Below are positions 22,690-33,325 of a stretch of DNA of 64,000 nt, in pieces. The stretch spans positions 55,229-119,228 of the forward strand of contig CAWAOA010000007.1 in the NCBI GenBank assembly GCA_963783655.1, given 5' to 3'. The notes beneath the pieces were generated by a model. The model made no database searches. It was not told the DNA's origin and saw nothing but the letters and a program-made list of their open reading frames with translations. A program made the position numbers and the translations under genes. Position 1 is the stretch's first letter. Each line of letters begins with the position of its first letter. This DNA is from an uncultured Chloroflexia bacterium (lineage in GTDB: Bacteria > Chloroflexota > Anaerolineae > CG2-30-64-16).

Positions 22690-23453
22690 TCAGATCCGCC
22701 AGCGTTCCATCAGATACCTACGGCTCATCCTTGCGCTGTCTACCGCCGGCCCGCCGGTAACGTCTTGCTCCACCACAACCCACTCGGGGGTCCGGTCCAG
22801 GACGACCGGCATCAGGGCATCGAGGTCCACCTGCCCTGCGCCGAGTTCCTTCCAGTCCGACTCGGTGGTGTCCTTCAGATGAAAATATCCCACGCGCGGC
22901 AGGAAATCTTTCGCCACCCGGGCAGGATCTCCTCCCCACGCTGAATCCACGCCACGTCCAGGCAGAGCGAAACCAGGTCGGGATCGGTGTTCTCGCAGAT
23001 GTAACGAAGCTCGCGGCAGTCGCCGGCGATCTCCCAGTAATGGTTGTGATATCCGAGCTTCAGCCCGCTGGCCGAGCAGAGTCGGCCAATGCGTTCGAGG
23101 TTCACGGCGGTGTTTGCGAGCTCCCGATCGCTCTTGTTCTCGCGCATCGCACCGCTGAACGCCAGAAACGGTGCTCCCACGGCTGCCGTAAATTCCACTG
23201 CGCGCTCCAGGTTAGCCAACGCCTCTTTCACCGACTCCGGGTTCCAGATCTCCCCGCCGACATGAATCGCAGCGGGCGACAGGCCATGTTCGGCCAGCAA
23301 CTGCCGGAACGGCTCGGGCTTGCTCACATCCAGGTGTTGAGCGCCGATCTCGATTCCGTCGTATCCTGCCGACGCTACCTCGGCAAGCACCTGCGCCAGG
23401 TTCTTGCGGTTCATCTCAGGCCCCCAGGGCCTGGTCTGCACTCCGACCTTCAT
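22690..23453 (-). CDS. Sugar phosphate isomerase/epimerase (xylose-isomerase-like TIM barrel), with one frame change
   Basis: AGYDGIEIGAQHL, LKLGYHNHYWEI, VSLCLDVAW (ORF 22875..23453), then VGYFHLKD...EWVVVEQD (ORF 22690..22950). Confidence 0.8.
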
Positions 23454-24199
23454 CTCCAGCTACTCCTTCGCCGCTCGATGGGTTCGAGAGACTCCGCACG
23501 CTCGCCGAACTGGAATGCGGGTCCGCCTGAGGGCGCTGCCCAGAGCGCGGCGTTTCGCAGCACCTGCCGGATCTCCGGTTGGTAGTATATCGGGTAGCTC
23601 TCGTGTCCCGGGCTGAAGAAGAATATCTTCCCGGCCCCCCGCTGGAAGCAGCATCCGCTGCGGAACACCTCGCCGCCTTCGAACCAGCTCATGAACACGA
23701 TGGCATCCGGCGCAGGGATGTTGTGCCGCTCTCCATACATTTCCGAACGTGGCACCTCGAAATGGTCGGGCAGCCCGGCAGCGATCGGATGTCCCGGCTC
23801 CACGACCCAGACTCGCTCGCGCTCGCCCGCGACGCGCCATTTCAGACGGCACGTGGTCCCCATCAGCGTGCGAAACACCTTGGAGCGATGGGCGGAATGC
23901 AGCGCCACGAAGCCCATACCGTTCAGGATGCGATCGATCACTCGCCCGGCGACCTCGTCGCTAACCTCCTCGTGTCGCAGGTGACCCCAGTAGAAGAGGA
24001 CATCGGTTTCTTCCAGAACCGCTTCCGTTAGTCCGTGTTCGGGGTCCGTCAGCGTCGCCGTCCTAACCCGATGCCCTGCGTCCCCCAGGACCCCGGCGAC
24101 GACGCTGTGGATCCCCTCCGGGTAGACCTTCCCCACAGCCGGGTTAGCCCGCTCATGGTGGTGTTCGTTCCAGACCGTAATTCGCAGTGATGGCGGCAT
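23450..24199 (-). CDS. ThuA-domain protein
   Basis: The ORF is intact: RITVWNEHHHER...VYPEGIHSVVAGVL...DVLFYWGHLRHEEVSDEV...GFVALHSAHRSKVF...FFFSPGHESYPIYY. Confidence 0.85.
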   Translation of the reverse strand: MPPSLRITVWNEHHHERANPAVGKVYPEGIHSVVAGVLGDAGHRVRTATLTDPEHGLTEAVLEETDVLFYWGHLRHEEVSDEVAGRVIDRILNGMGFVALHSAHRSKVFRTLMGTTCRLKWRVAGERERVWVVEPGHPIAAGLPDHFEVPRSEMYGERHNIPAPDAIVFMSWFEGGEVFRSGCCFQRGAGKIFFFSPGHESYPIYYQPEIRQVLRNAALWAAPSGGPAFQFGERAESLEPIERRRSSWR

Positions 24200-24231
24200 T
24201 TCTCTCCTCGTCGTGATTCGAGACTCAAGTG

Positions 24232-26405
24232 TTACCAGCGCGTAAGCTTGGTGCCCGGCGGTACCCCTTCAAGCATGCCTTGCGGCGAGACCTCGATGGT
24301 AACGCCCGGCAACGCCAGTTGCTGCCTTGGGCTGCCGAACACGAGCAACTCCTCCAGGGAAGCGCGTCCCGCCAACTCCCCTGTGTGCTGTACGGCGGGA
24401 CCGAGGGGTAGCATGTAGCCCTCGCGCCCGTATACCGGGAACCGGTCCATGGACACGGTGGTCTCGAGTTGCCTTCCGCCTTCAATTCGCTCGCCGGACC
24501 ACAGGTCGTACCACCCTCCTGGCGGCAGATAGAGGCGCACGGCGCCGCCGGGCTGCAGCACAGGCGCCACCAGGAGCGCGGGGCCCAATAGGTACTGCTC
24601 CTCGAAGCTCCACGCTAACCGGTCGTTCGGGAAGGCCAGCGGCATCGCCCGCATCACAGGCAGCCCGCATTGGCTCGCTTCAACGCGCACGCCTGAAGGT
24701 AGGGCAGCAGGCGATATCGCCATCGCAACCAACTCCGAACGATCCCCTCTGCCTCCTCGCCGAACAGCCACGGCTCAGCGCGGCGTGAGGCCGTGGAACC
24801 GGGTATGGGATGAGAGGACGCCGGCCTGCATCCAGCGGACGTAGAGCTCGGGGCTGGGGGGCGGCTCGCGTAGAAGCCCCCGATGTCGTGCGCATAGAAT
24901 GGCACGCCGCTCATCCCCCAGGAGAGACCACCGCGGACGCTCGCGGCCAGACCCTCCCAATCGCCCTGAGGGTCTCCACCCCATTGCACCGGATATCGCT
25001 GGCTGCCCGTCCAACCGGCTCGCGACCAGACGACCGGTGACCCCTTCGCGTACATTTCGGTAGCCTCGAAGATGCAGCGGTTGTACAACAGCGCGTAGAC
25101 GTTATGCAGCCTCCGTCCGGAATCGCCGTTGAAGGCAACGACGTCAGGCGGAACGGCCTCGCCGTAGTCCGGCTTCATGACGGCTACACCGATCTCAAAG
25201 AGGGCGCGGTGCTGGTCACGGAACCAGTTGTACGCGTCCGGGTTCGTGAAGTCGATGATGCCGCTGGGCTGTAAATGGGGCAGCGACTGGTCGAACGGCG
25301 GCGGCAGCCAGCGCTGAACAAATGGCTCGCCCGACGCCTGGCGCAGCAGGAAGCCCTGGCTCGCCAGCCAGTTGAAAAGCGGGTTCAGGGTCGATATATA
25401 GGGATATTCCCACAGGCACAACCTGAGGTTCAGATCCTTGAGCCGGGCGATGGTCGCAGCCGGGTCCGGGTAGCGCTCGGGGTCCCATGAGAAGTCGAAG
25501 CGCGTCTCCGATCGATGCCATGCCCGGCCGTCCAGCAGCATCACATCGCAGGGGATTTCGTGAGTGCGCAGCTCGGTAGCTGCTTCCAGCAGCTCTTCCT
25601 CCGTGCGATAGAATGCCCGGCCCATCCACACTCCGTAACTCCATTGAGGAGGCAGGGGTGAGCGCCCGGTAAGCTGCGTGAATCGCTCGAGGATCTGCGC
25701 CGGGTCGGCGCCGGTTATCAGGAAGACGTCCAGGACCGGATCTTCCACCTGGATCACGTATGAGCGGTGCGACCACGGCGCGTAGCCAACGGCGTGGGTT
25801 ACGCGGCCGGGCGTATTTACGAAGAGCCCCCAGCCCTCTGGGCTCCACGCAAACGGCATGTTCTTGTAGGACCGTTCGGCATTGACACCGGTCGCGTCGT
25901 AGTTCCATGACGTAATGAGTTCGCCGCGATGATTCAGCCGCCCGAACTTCTCGCCCAGTCCGTAGACCGGCTCGCCGCTGCGGAGCGCAAAGGCCATCTG
26001 CCATGCACCCGCGCCCTTGGCCAGAGTGGGAAACCGGCTCATCCCCAGCATCCCCTCATCGGTCACCGATTCGAGGATCGGGCGGTTGCCTAGCAGGAGG
26101 CGGAAACGGACCGGCGAGGGCATCACCTCCAGGGTCACATCGCCTGCGCTGAGGACGACCCGGTCGCCGCGCTGTTCGGCGGAAGCGCCCGTGTCTCGTG
26201 GCCCGGCGGCGAGCAATCCGTAGTCGATACCGGCTGCGGGCTGGCTTTGAAAACGAAGAACCCCCGGGGCGTAATACGACAGGTCAAATGCCCCGTATGG
26301 GGTGATAAAGCGCATTCCCCCTTCGATCGCCGGTCCCGGCGAGAGCGAAAGGATCGCCCCGAAGCCCTCCTGGGCACGTACAGATTCCTGGTCGACAAAC
26401 GACAC
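24232..26405 (-). CDS. Glycoside hydrolase family 31 (alpha-xylosidase/alpha-glucosidase type), with frame change(s) near 24700-24800
   Basis: PLPPQWSYGVWMGR, IPCDVMLLDGRAW, GVAVMKPDYGEAVP (nucleophile-Asp region), YPVQWGGDPQGDWEGLAASVRGGLSWGMSGVPFYAHDIGGF. The C-terminal beta-sandwich lies in ORF 24232..24771. Confidence 0.85.
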
Positions 26406-26433
26406 GATGCCTCCCTCTATGCGCTCGGTTGGT

Positions 26434-27327
26434 CTATCGCCCGCCGAAGCCGGTCATTGCAATGCCCTGCACGAAGTAGCGCTGCGCAGCCAGGAAGACC
26501 GCAACGATGGGGATGACCATCACGGTGCCGGCCGCGAACACAAGCTCCCAGTTGGCCGCATTCGAATCGTTGAGCGAGCGGATCCCCAGCGCCAGCGTCC
26601 ACTTGTCCATGCTGTTCAGGTAGATGAGGGGCTCCAGGAAGCTGTTGTAATGCTGCAGCAGTGCGAACACGGCGACCGTGGCGATAACCGGCTTGCACAA
26701 GGGCAGGAGTATCTCGGTCAGGATGCGCACGCGCCCGGCGCCGTCCATCAGTGCAGCTTCCTCCAGCTCCATCGGGATGCCGCGGAAGAATTGCTGGATC
26801 AGGAAGACATAAAGCGCCGTGCTCGCTGCCCAGTAGGGCACCACCAGCGGCGACCAGGTGTCGATCCAACCCAACTCCTTGAAGATCAGGAATCGCGGGA
26901 TCAAGGTCACTACCTCGGGCAGCATCATGGTGCCGATCAACAGCGAGAAGAAGAAGTTGCGCCCCGGCCACCGCAGCCGGGAAAATGAATATGCCACCAT
27001 CACCGAGGAGACGATGGTTCCCAGGACCGCAAGCGCCACGACGACAATCGTGTTCGCGGCGAACCTGGCAAGCGGGATGACCTCGAACACGCGCTGGTAG
27101 TTGATCCACTGGGGATCGCGCGGGATCCAGGTGATCGGATGCTGGAAGATCTCGGTCGACGCTTTGAGCGAAGCCGACACCATCCACAAGGTCGGCGCGA
27201 GGAACGAAACAAGCACTACGCTCATCAGGATCTGTAATAGGACGAGCCAGATTCGCTCCATTACCTTCTGGCGCGATAGGTGGCCTGCAACCCTATCTGC
27301 CTCGACCGGACGCACCGTGGTTGCCAT
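26434..27327 (-). CDS. Carbohydrate ABC transporter permease (MalG-like)
   Basis: The ORF is intact, has multiple TM segments, and carries the EAA-type loop EEAALMDGAGRVRILTEILLPLCKP. Confidence 0.9.
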   Translation of the reverse strand: MATTVRPVEADRVAGHLSRQKVMERIWLVLLQILMSVVLVSFLAPTLWMVSASLKASTEIFQHPITWIPRDPQWINYQRVFEVIPLARFAANTIVVVALAVLGTIVSSVMVAYSFSRLRWPGRNFFFSLLIGTMMLPEVVTLIPRFLIFKELGWIDTWSPLVVPYWAASTALYVFLIQQFFRGIPMELEEAALMDGAGRVRILTEILLPLCKPVIATVAVFALLQHYNSFLEPLIYLNSMDKWTLALGIRSLNDSNAANWELVFAAGTVMVIPIVAVFLAAQRYFVQGIAMTGFGGR

Positions 27328-27336
27328 ATTCGCCCC

Positions 27337-28251
27337 CTACGCCTCGTAGAATACCCATCGTTCGGAAAGGTAGAATTGCGCAATGGTGAAGCCAACGACG
27401 ATCACGAAGAGCTCCCAGGCCAGCGTTGAGGCATATCCCATGTTGAAGAACTGGAAGCCTTGCTGCCAGATGTTGAGCACCACAAACAGGGTGGAGTTCT
27501 CCGGTCCGCCGTCAGTCATGATCTTGGCGGGGATGAACGTCTGGAACGAGTTGATGATGGCGATGACCATATTGTAGAAGATCAGCGGCGTCATCATCGG
27601 GATCGTGATATGCCACATTCGCCTGAACGGCGACGCCCCATCGATGCTGGCCGCCTCATAGAGGGTTTGTGATATGTTGCCGAGACCGGCGATGAAGATC
27701 ACCATTTGCCGCCCGATCAACCAGAACGACATAATGATGAACGCCGGTTTGGCCAGATTCACATCGAACAACCACTTCTGGGGGGCAATGCCTACCCAGC
27801 TCAGCGCCTCGTTCAGGATGCCGTATTCGTAATGGAAGACGCGCTGCCAGACCACGGCGCTTGCCACCAGGGGGACGATGATCGGCAGGTAGAATCCCGC
27901 CCGGTAAACGTCACGGAATTTGATTCTTTGTGTCAGAGCCAGCGCCAGCACGAAAGAGATCACGAGCTGGACGGGCACGGCCAACACCGTGTAGTACGCG
28001 CTGTTGTAGAGGCTCAGGTTGGCGCGCGGATCGGTGAACATCTTAACGAAGTTGTCGATTCCGACGAAGCGGGCGGGCGACAACAGATCCCACTTGTGGA
28101 ATGACAGCCAGATGGAGTACAGCATCGGGAATGCGGTGAAAAGCACGAAGCCAATCAGAAACGGCGCAGCAAAGAAGTACCCGGCTACCCATTCCTGTAG
28201 CTTGAGGGGGCCGGGCCGCTTGAACCGTCGGGCAGTTGCGCTGGTCGCCAT
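27337..28251 (-). CDS. Carbohydrate ABC transporter permease (MalF-like)
   Basis: The EAA loop is YEAASIDGASPFRRMWHITIPMMTP. The likely start is the internal MATSATARRF at 28251, because the upstream part of the ORF overlaps the palindrome. Confidence 0.9.
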   Translation of the reverse strand: MATSATARRFKRPGPLKLQEWVAGYFFAAPFLIGFVLFTAFPMLYSIWLSFHKWDLLSPARFVGIDNFVKMFTDPRANLSLYNSAYYTVLAVPVQLVISFVLALALTQRIKFRDVYRAGFYLPIIVPLVASAVVWQRVFHYEYGILNEALSWVGIAPQKWLFDVNLAKPAFIIMSFWLIGRQMVIFIAGLGNISQTLYEAASIDGASPFRRMWHITIPMMTPLIFYNMVIAIINSFQTFIPAKIMTDGGPENSTLFVVLNIWQQGFQFFNMGYASTLAWELFVIVVGFTIAQFYLSERWVFYEA

Positions 28252-28313
28252 CGCAGATCTCCTTGCGCCAGGATGGAGGCGCATTTGGTTCGCAACAGGA
28301 TGCCTCGGTGGTG

Positions 28314-28349
28314 GCATGCGGTACGCCGGTCGACCGGCGTACCGCATGC
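28314..28349. repeat. Perfect 36-bp palindrome (intercistronic hairpin) between the binding-protein and permease genes
   Basis: gcatgcggtacgccggtcgaccggcgtaccgcatgc is its own reverse complement and is centred on GTCGAC. Confidence 0.9.
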
Positions 28350-28401
28350 AATCGGGGGATGCACGGGATCGCAATTACCCCCGTGCAGCGACGCCTCGCG
28401 C

Positions 28402-29850
28402 TTACGCCGAGAGCAGCTTCTGCAGCTCGGAGTCCACCTTGGCGAGCGCCTCGGCGGCTGTCGCCTTGCCTGCGATCATTGGGTCCCAGCCAACCGGCTT
28501 GACGACCTCACTCCACATCTTGGAGCGAGGAACGGCGCTGACGACGTCGATCTGGCCCTTCTTGAATGCCTCAAGGAATGCCTTCCCATTGCTGACGCCG
28601 TACAGCTCCTTGATCTTGGGGATCCAGAAGCTTTCCACCAGCTTGGGATCGTTCGGCATGCGGCCGGTCGTCTCGGAGTAGATCTTGTCGCCCTCTTCGC
28701 CGCCCATGAACGCAGCGAACGCCCAGGCCGATTCCTGGGTATCGGCTTTGGTTTTGGGGATTGCCAGCCCTTCCGACCAACCGCGCTGCGAACGCTGTGC
28801 ATCCTTGCCCTTCGGCATCAGCACCACGTCGAACTCCACCGCCTTCTTCTGTTCGCGCAGGGCCGGCGAATTCATCTGAGGGAAGAACCAGGCGCCCTCA
28901 TACTTCATGGCGCAGTTGCCGGTTTGAATCGTGTTCGCGCCACCCGACTGGTCAGCCGGCGTGGGGGCGATCTTCATGGTGTTGAAGACGTCGTTGGCCA
29001 CGATCTGAATGATCTCCACGATCTCCGGCTGGTTGAACATGGCCTTCTTGGGGTCGATGACGTTGTCGAACTCACGCTTGCCCGTTCCCACGATCCAGCC
29101 GATGTCACGGTACCATTGGCCGTTGGCCTGGTAGCCGAACATCTTGTTGTCGCCGGAGGTCTTTGTAAGCTTCTTGGCCGTGTCCAGGAATTGGTCCCAG
29201 GTCCAGTCATCCGTCGGGAACGGTATGCCCGCGTCCTGGAACGGCTTCTTGGCGTAGAACATCACCATCGTGGCCATCTGGAGCGGTATCAGATAGCGCT
29301 TGTTCGCGCGACGCGTGCTCGTCTCGAGGCCGGCGATGCCTTCGGTATACGGGCCGGTCAGCTTGTCGTGCGCGATCAGTTCGTCAATCGGCGTGAGCAG
29401 GCCCTTATCGGCGTAGGTTTGCCATTCCCAACCCTGGAATGAAGCCAGGTGAGGCGGCGTTCCGCCCGCGATCATCGTCTGTAGCTTTGGATAGAAGTTG
29501 TTGCCCGGGTCGGCGATACTGGTCACGTTCACCTTGACGTTGGGATTCCTCTCCATATACAACTTGGAGAGCTTGTCCCACGCCGGGATGTCCGAGGCAT
29601 CGCCCCAGGCCAGGAAGTCAACCACACCTGCGGCCTTGGCCGCGGGAGCGGCCGCAGGGGCTTTGGTGGCGGCTGCGCCTGCCGCGGGGGCAGCAGTTGC
29701 CTGTCCAGCCTGTGGTTTTGCCGGCGCTTGGGTCGCCGGTGCGGCGCATCCGGCCACCAGGGCCGTGAGCGCTACGCCTTGCCCCAGTTTCAAGAACTGG
29801 CGGCGAGACAGCTTTTTCCCTTCCTCCATTTGAGATCCCTCCTTGGACAC
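28402..29850 (-). CDS. ABC transporter extracellular solute-binding lipoprotein (family 1, sugar type)
   Basis: The ORF is intact. It has the twin-Arg-like SRRQFLKLG plus the lipobox LVAGCAAP, an Ala-rich linker, and then a typical SBP_bac_1 body. Confidence 0.9.
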   Translation of the reverse strand: MSKEGSQMEEGKKLSRRQFLKLGQGVALTALVAGCAAPATQAPAKPQAGQATAAPAAGAAATKAPAAAPAAKAAGVVDFLAWGDASDIPAWDKLSKLYMERNPNVKVNVTSIADPGNNFYPKLQTMIAGGTPPHLASFQGWEWQTYADKGLLTPIDELIAHDKLTGPYTEGIAGLETSTRRANKRYLIPLQMATMVMFYAKKPFQDAGIPFPTDDWTWDQFLDTAKKLTKTSGDNKMFGYQANGQWYRDIGWIVGTGKREFDNVIDPKKAMFNQPEIVEIIQIVANDVFNTMKIAPTPADQSGGANTIQTGNCAMKYEGAWFFPQMNSPALREQKKAVEFDVVLMPKGKDAQRSQRGWSEGLAIPKTKADTQESAWAFAAFMGGEEGDKIYSETTGRMPNDPKLVESFWIPKIKELYGVSNGKAFLEAFKKGQIDVVSAVPRSKMWSEVVKPVGWDPMIAGKATAAEALAKVDSELQKLLSA

Positions 29851-30163
29851 TCGATCCCATCATCGGACCTGCACCGAAAATGCACACGCAGGTAAATCGG
29901 TTGTTCGCTGGCTTTCGGTTCTCTTCACCTCCTCTGCGCCGGCAGGCATGGCCCCGGCGCGCAAGTAGTCCTTCTCCGTTTTCGTATTTCGATACGCAGC
30001 GTCGGCACCCTCACCGGACGACCGGTGCGCCTGACGCGAGCGGTCTACTCTGGCCGCGGGACCGGCGGGCCGGGCATCCCGATGGCCGCCGAAGACTCCG
30101 CATGAAACCCACTTCATCGCCGGCCATATTCCTCAATGTCAGGTGGTCGGAATGCGCGCGGTT

Positions 30164-31474
30164 TCACGACACTGCATGCATTGTGAGCGGCCCGTCTCCG
30201 CTGATAAATACCGGCGCGGTCAAAGGGGGCGCCGGGTGCCGGTAGAAGAACGTATCAAGGGCCAATGCCGCCGCGCCAAGCACGCCTGTGCATGAACCAA
30301 AAGTGGAGGGGCGCAGGTCGACCTGCTCTCCCAGTCCGGCGAAAGCTCGCTGCTGCACCGTCTCGCGGATTGCGGGCAGCAGGACATCCTGCCCCGCAGC
30401 AAGCAAACCGCCCAGAATGATCGTGTCCGGGTTGATGATATCGATCAGGTTGGCCAGCGCCGTGCCCATGTAGCGAGCCGCGCTGCGGAGCAGCCGGACG
30501 GCTGCAGCGTCTCCGGCGCGTGCCGCTGCGAAGACTGCATCGATGCCGGGCGTGTCGCCGCTCGCCAAATAGGACGCCAGTAGTGACTCCGGGTGTTGCG
30601 ACGCATCGATCAGTGCCAGCTTGACGATCGCCGGCTCCGAGACAAGGGTCTCCAGGCAACCGGTGTTTCCGCACCGGCACAGTGCGCCCCCATCTGCGAT
30701 GATGGTCGTATGGCCGATCTCACCTGCGCCTGCGCCGCTGCCGCGGTAGAGGCGCTGTCCGACCACGAGTCCGGCCCCCACTCCCACCCTCGCGTACACA
30801 AACGCCAGGCTGTGGACATTGCGGCCGGCGCCGAACATCGCTTCGGCCAGTGCCATCGCGCGGGCGTTGTTCTCGACTACCACGCGCGCGTTGAGCCGCG
30901 ATGCCAGCATGCTGCCGATGGGGAGGTTGCGCCAGCCCAGGTTTGGCGCCAGCATGTTTACACCTGTCTCCAGGTTCACCAGTCCCGAGGCGCCCACACC
31001 AACGCCCACTACCCGCCGGCGATCGACCCCGCTTTCGTCCAGCGCCCGCTCGACGAGCTGCGCAGCACGCTCCAGTAGGTGCGCGGCCGGATCGTGCGAG
31101 CTGTGAGGGACCACCAGGACGTCCGTCAGCTCTCCGGACAGATTGGAGAGAGCCACGCGCACGTTGTCGACGTCGAAATGGATGCCTATCGCATGGCGCG
31201 CACCCGGCACCAGCCGGACCGGAATGCGGGGCCGTCCCGCGCCCCGGCGCCCATGGAGCTCGCGCTCATCTTCGCTCACGATTCCCTGGCCGAGAAGTTC
31301 GGCGACAAGGTTGGTTACGGTGGTGGTGGAGAGGCCGGTCAACTCGGCGAGTGCAGCGCGTGAAACCGGTCCACGGTGAAGCAACGCCGACAATACGGCG
31401 TACCGGTTGTGGGCCTTCACGTTCGCGATATTGCTGCCGGCAAAGGCAGGCGATGGCTGGGCGTCAGCGACCAT
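30164..31474 (-). CDS. ROK-family transcriptional regulator
   Basis: The ORF is intact. HTH: VSRAALAELTGLSTTTVTNLVAELLGQGIV. ROK glycine-rich motif: VGVGAGLVVGQRLYRGSGAGAGEIGH. Zinc motif: CRCGNTGCLE. Confidence 0.9.
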   Translation of the reverse strand: MVADAQPSPAFAGSNIANVKAHNRYAVLSALLHRGPVSRAALAELTGLSTTTVTNLVAELLGQGIVSEDERELHGRRGAGRPRIPVRLVPGARHAIGIHFDVDNVRVALSNLSGELTDVLVVPHSSHDPAAHLLERAAQLVERALDESGVDRRRVVGVGVGASGLVNLETGVNMLAPNLGWRNLPIGSMLASRLNARVVVENNARAMALAEAMFGAGRNVHSLAFVYARVGVGAGLVVGQRLYRGSGAGAGEIGHTTIIADGGALCRCGNTGCLETLVSEPAIVKLALIDASQHPESLLASYLASGDTPGIDAVFAAARAGDAAAVRLLRSAARYMGTALANLIDIINPDTIILGGLLAAGQDVLLPAIRETVQQRAFAGLGEQVDLRPSTFGSCTGVLGAAALALDTFFYRHPAPPLTAPVFISGDGPLTMHAVS

Positions 31475-31600
31475 GGCGCGCCACCTCGAGAGGGCATCAG
31501 TCGGTCAATTAATTAATCAAGGGGCGAAACTATTTCTGTTCCACTTTACCCGACCGGGGCACAAATGTCAATCCCCCGCGGACTGCGAAAACGGCCCGTT

Positions 31601-31629
31601 TTGGTTGCGATTCGCCGCTGTGGTAACAT
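31601..31629 (+). promoter_or_regulatory. Candidate promoter for the GroEL-like gene
   Basis: TTGGTT (31601-06), a 17-nt spacer ending in TGG, then TAACAT (31624-29), about 40 nt before the ATG at 31668. I saw no CIRCE-type inverted repeat. Confidence 0.3.
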
Positions 31630-31667
31630 GCAACACCCCGGGCAGATCCGGCACCTCAGCGCATACG

Positions 31668-33316
31668 ATGAAGGGATCAAGAGTGAGGAAATCGAACCAG
31701 GTGCCACCTCGACCCGGCGTAGTCTTTCCGCCCACCAGCCATGCCGGGATGCGAAGCGGATTTCTCCAGATAGTGAACCTCCTACGCCCCACGCTTGGTC
31801 CACACCCGCGAACCGTGATCAACGACCGCGGCTCCCCCCACCAGTCATTCGAGGTGCTCGACAGCGGCGGCACGATCGTGCGCCGGCTCATTGAGCTGCC
31901 CGATGCCGGTGCAGATGTGGGTGCGATGTACCTGCGCAACCTGCTGTGGCGCCTTCACGAGCGCGTGGGCGACGGCACTGCTACGGCAGCGGTGCTGTTC
32001 GACGCCGTCTACAACGGGGGGTACCACTATCTCGCCGCAGGCGGCAGCGCCCCCCGGCTCCGGAGCCATCTGCAGCAAGGGATGCGACTGGTGCTTGATG
32101 AGCTTCGGTCCATGGCGCGGCCTTGCCGCGGGCGGGCCGCAATTGCGGGCCTGGCGTTGTCTCTGTGCTACGATCGTGACCTCGCCGGGATGCTCGGCGA
32201 GATCTTCACGATCATCGGTGCGGATGGCCGCCTCGAGATCAGGACGCACCAGAGCCGCGAGCTGAAGCGTGAATACGTCGAGGGCAGCTACTGGGATGGC
32301 GGTCTCCTGAGCCGCGACATGGCGACCGATCCGGGGCGCGGCCGGGCAGAGTTCGTGCGGCCCGGGGTGATCATCTCCGATCTGGAGATCGACGATCCAG
32401 AGGACGCGGTGGAGATCATGGAGCTCGGGCTGCGCGGCAGATCTGCCGGCCCTCCTGCTGATTGCTCGCAGCATCTCGCCGGCAGCCGTGGCAGTCTTTC
32501 TGTCGGACCGAAACCGCCAGAGTCTGAGCGTGTACGCAGTGGCAACTCCCGGTGGTGTGGATTCGGGCTCTCAACTTCACGACATCGGCACGCTCACCGG
32601 TGGACGACCGCTGCTGCAGGCAACCCACGACCGGTTCAGCTCCCTGCGGGTGGATGACCTGGGCCAGGCGCGCCGCGCCTGGGCCGACGGCACGTACTTC
32701 GGGATAGTCGGGGGCGGCGGGGACGTCTCGCACGTGAAACGGCACGCCTCCAGTTTGCGGGCTGCCAAAGCCAGAGAGGACGAGGCGGACGCGCGAGGGC
32801 GGCTGGAGGCGCGGCTGGCCGTCATATCCGGGGGAGCTGCTACCCTCTGGATTGGCGGCAACACGCCCGGACATGTCGACGCGCGCAAAGAGACCGCCGA
32901 AAACACCGCCCGGTCAGTCAGAGGCGCGCTGCAGCACGGCGTGCTCCCGGGTGGCGGCGCTGCCCTGCTGGCCTGCCGCCCGCTCCTCCAGGAGAGGGCC
33001 GCCCACAGCGCCGATCCCGACGAGCGAGCCGCCTATCGCATCCTGGCGACAGCCGTGATGGCGCCCGTGCGTGCCCTACTCGAGAACGCCGGCGTGGAAC
33101 CCGCGGAGATGCTTGCCGGGCTCGAGGCGCGGCGGACCGGGTTTTGCCTACGACGTCGAATCGGGGAAGATGGCCGATATGTGGGCCGGCGGCATCGTAG
33201 ATTCGGCAGCCGTCGTCATGGGTGCGGCGAGCGCTGCCATATCGGGCGCCGCTCTTGCGCTCACTACCGATGTCCTCGTCCACCACCGCAATCCCGAGAA
33301 GGCTTTCCAGACATAG
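31668..33316 (+). CDS. Highly divergent Cpn60/GroEL-family paralog, with frame changes near 32450 and 33130
   Basis: By-eye colinearity with E. coli GroEL over the whole length. LLRPTLGPHPRTVI matches LGPKGRNVV. VGDGTATAAVLF matches GDGTTTATVL. YVEGSYWDGGLLSRDM matches VEGMQFDRGYLSPYF. VYAVATPGGVDSGSQLHDIGTLTGG matches [55 protein letters not shown] matches [59 protein letters not shown] matches the C-terminal equatorial helix. Pieces lie in ORFs 31407..32657, 32488..33774 and 33071..33316. Confidence 0.7.
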
Positions 33317-33325
33317 GATGTACGC

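Noticed and set aside
28273-29442. Long plus-strand ORF (389 aa) across the sugar-binding-protein gene
   Set aside because: It is antisense to an intact ORF with a clear family assignment (SBP with signal peptide and lipobox). Its translation is Arg/Gly/Leu/His-rich with no motif. This is a typical shadow ORF in GC-rich DNA.
31475-31667. HrcA/CIRCE control of the GroEL-like gene
   Set aside because: No TTAGCACTC-N9-GAGTGCTAA-like inverted repeat is present in the upstream region.
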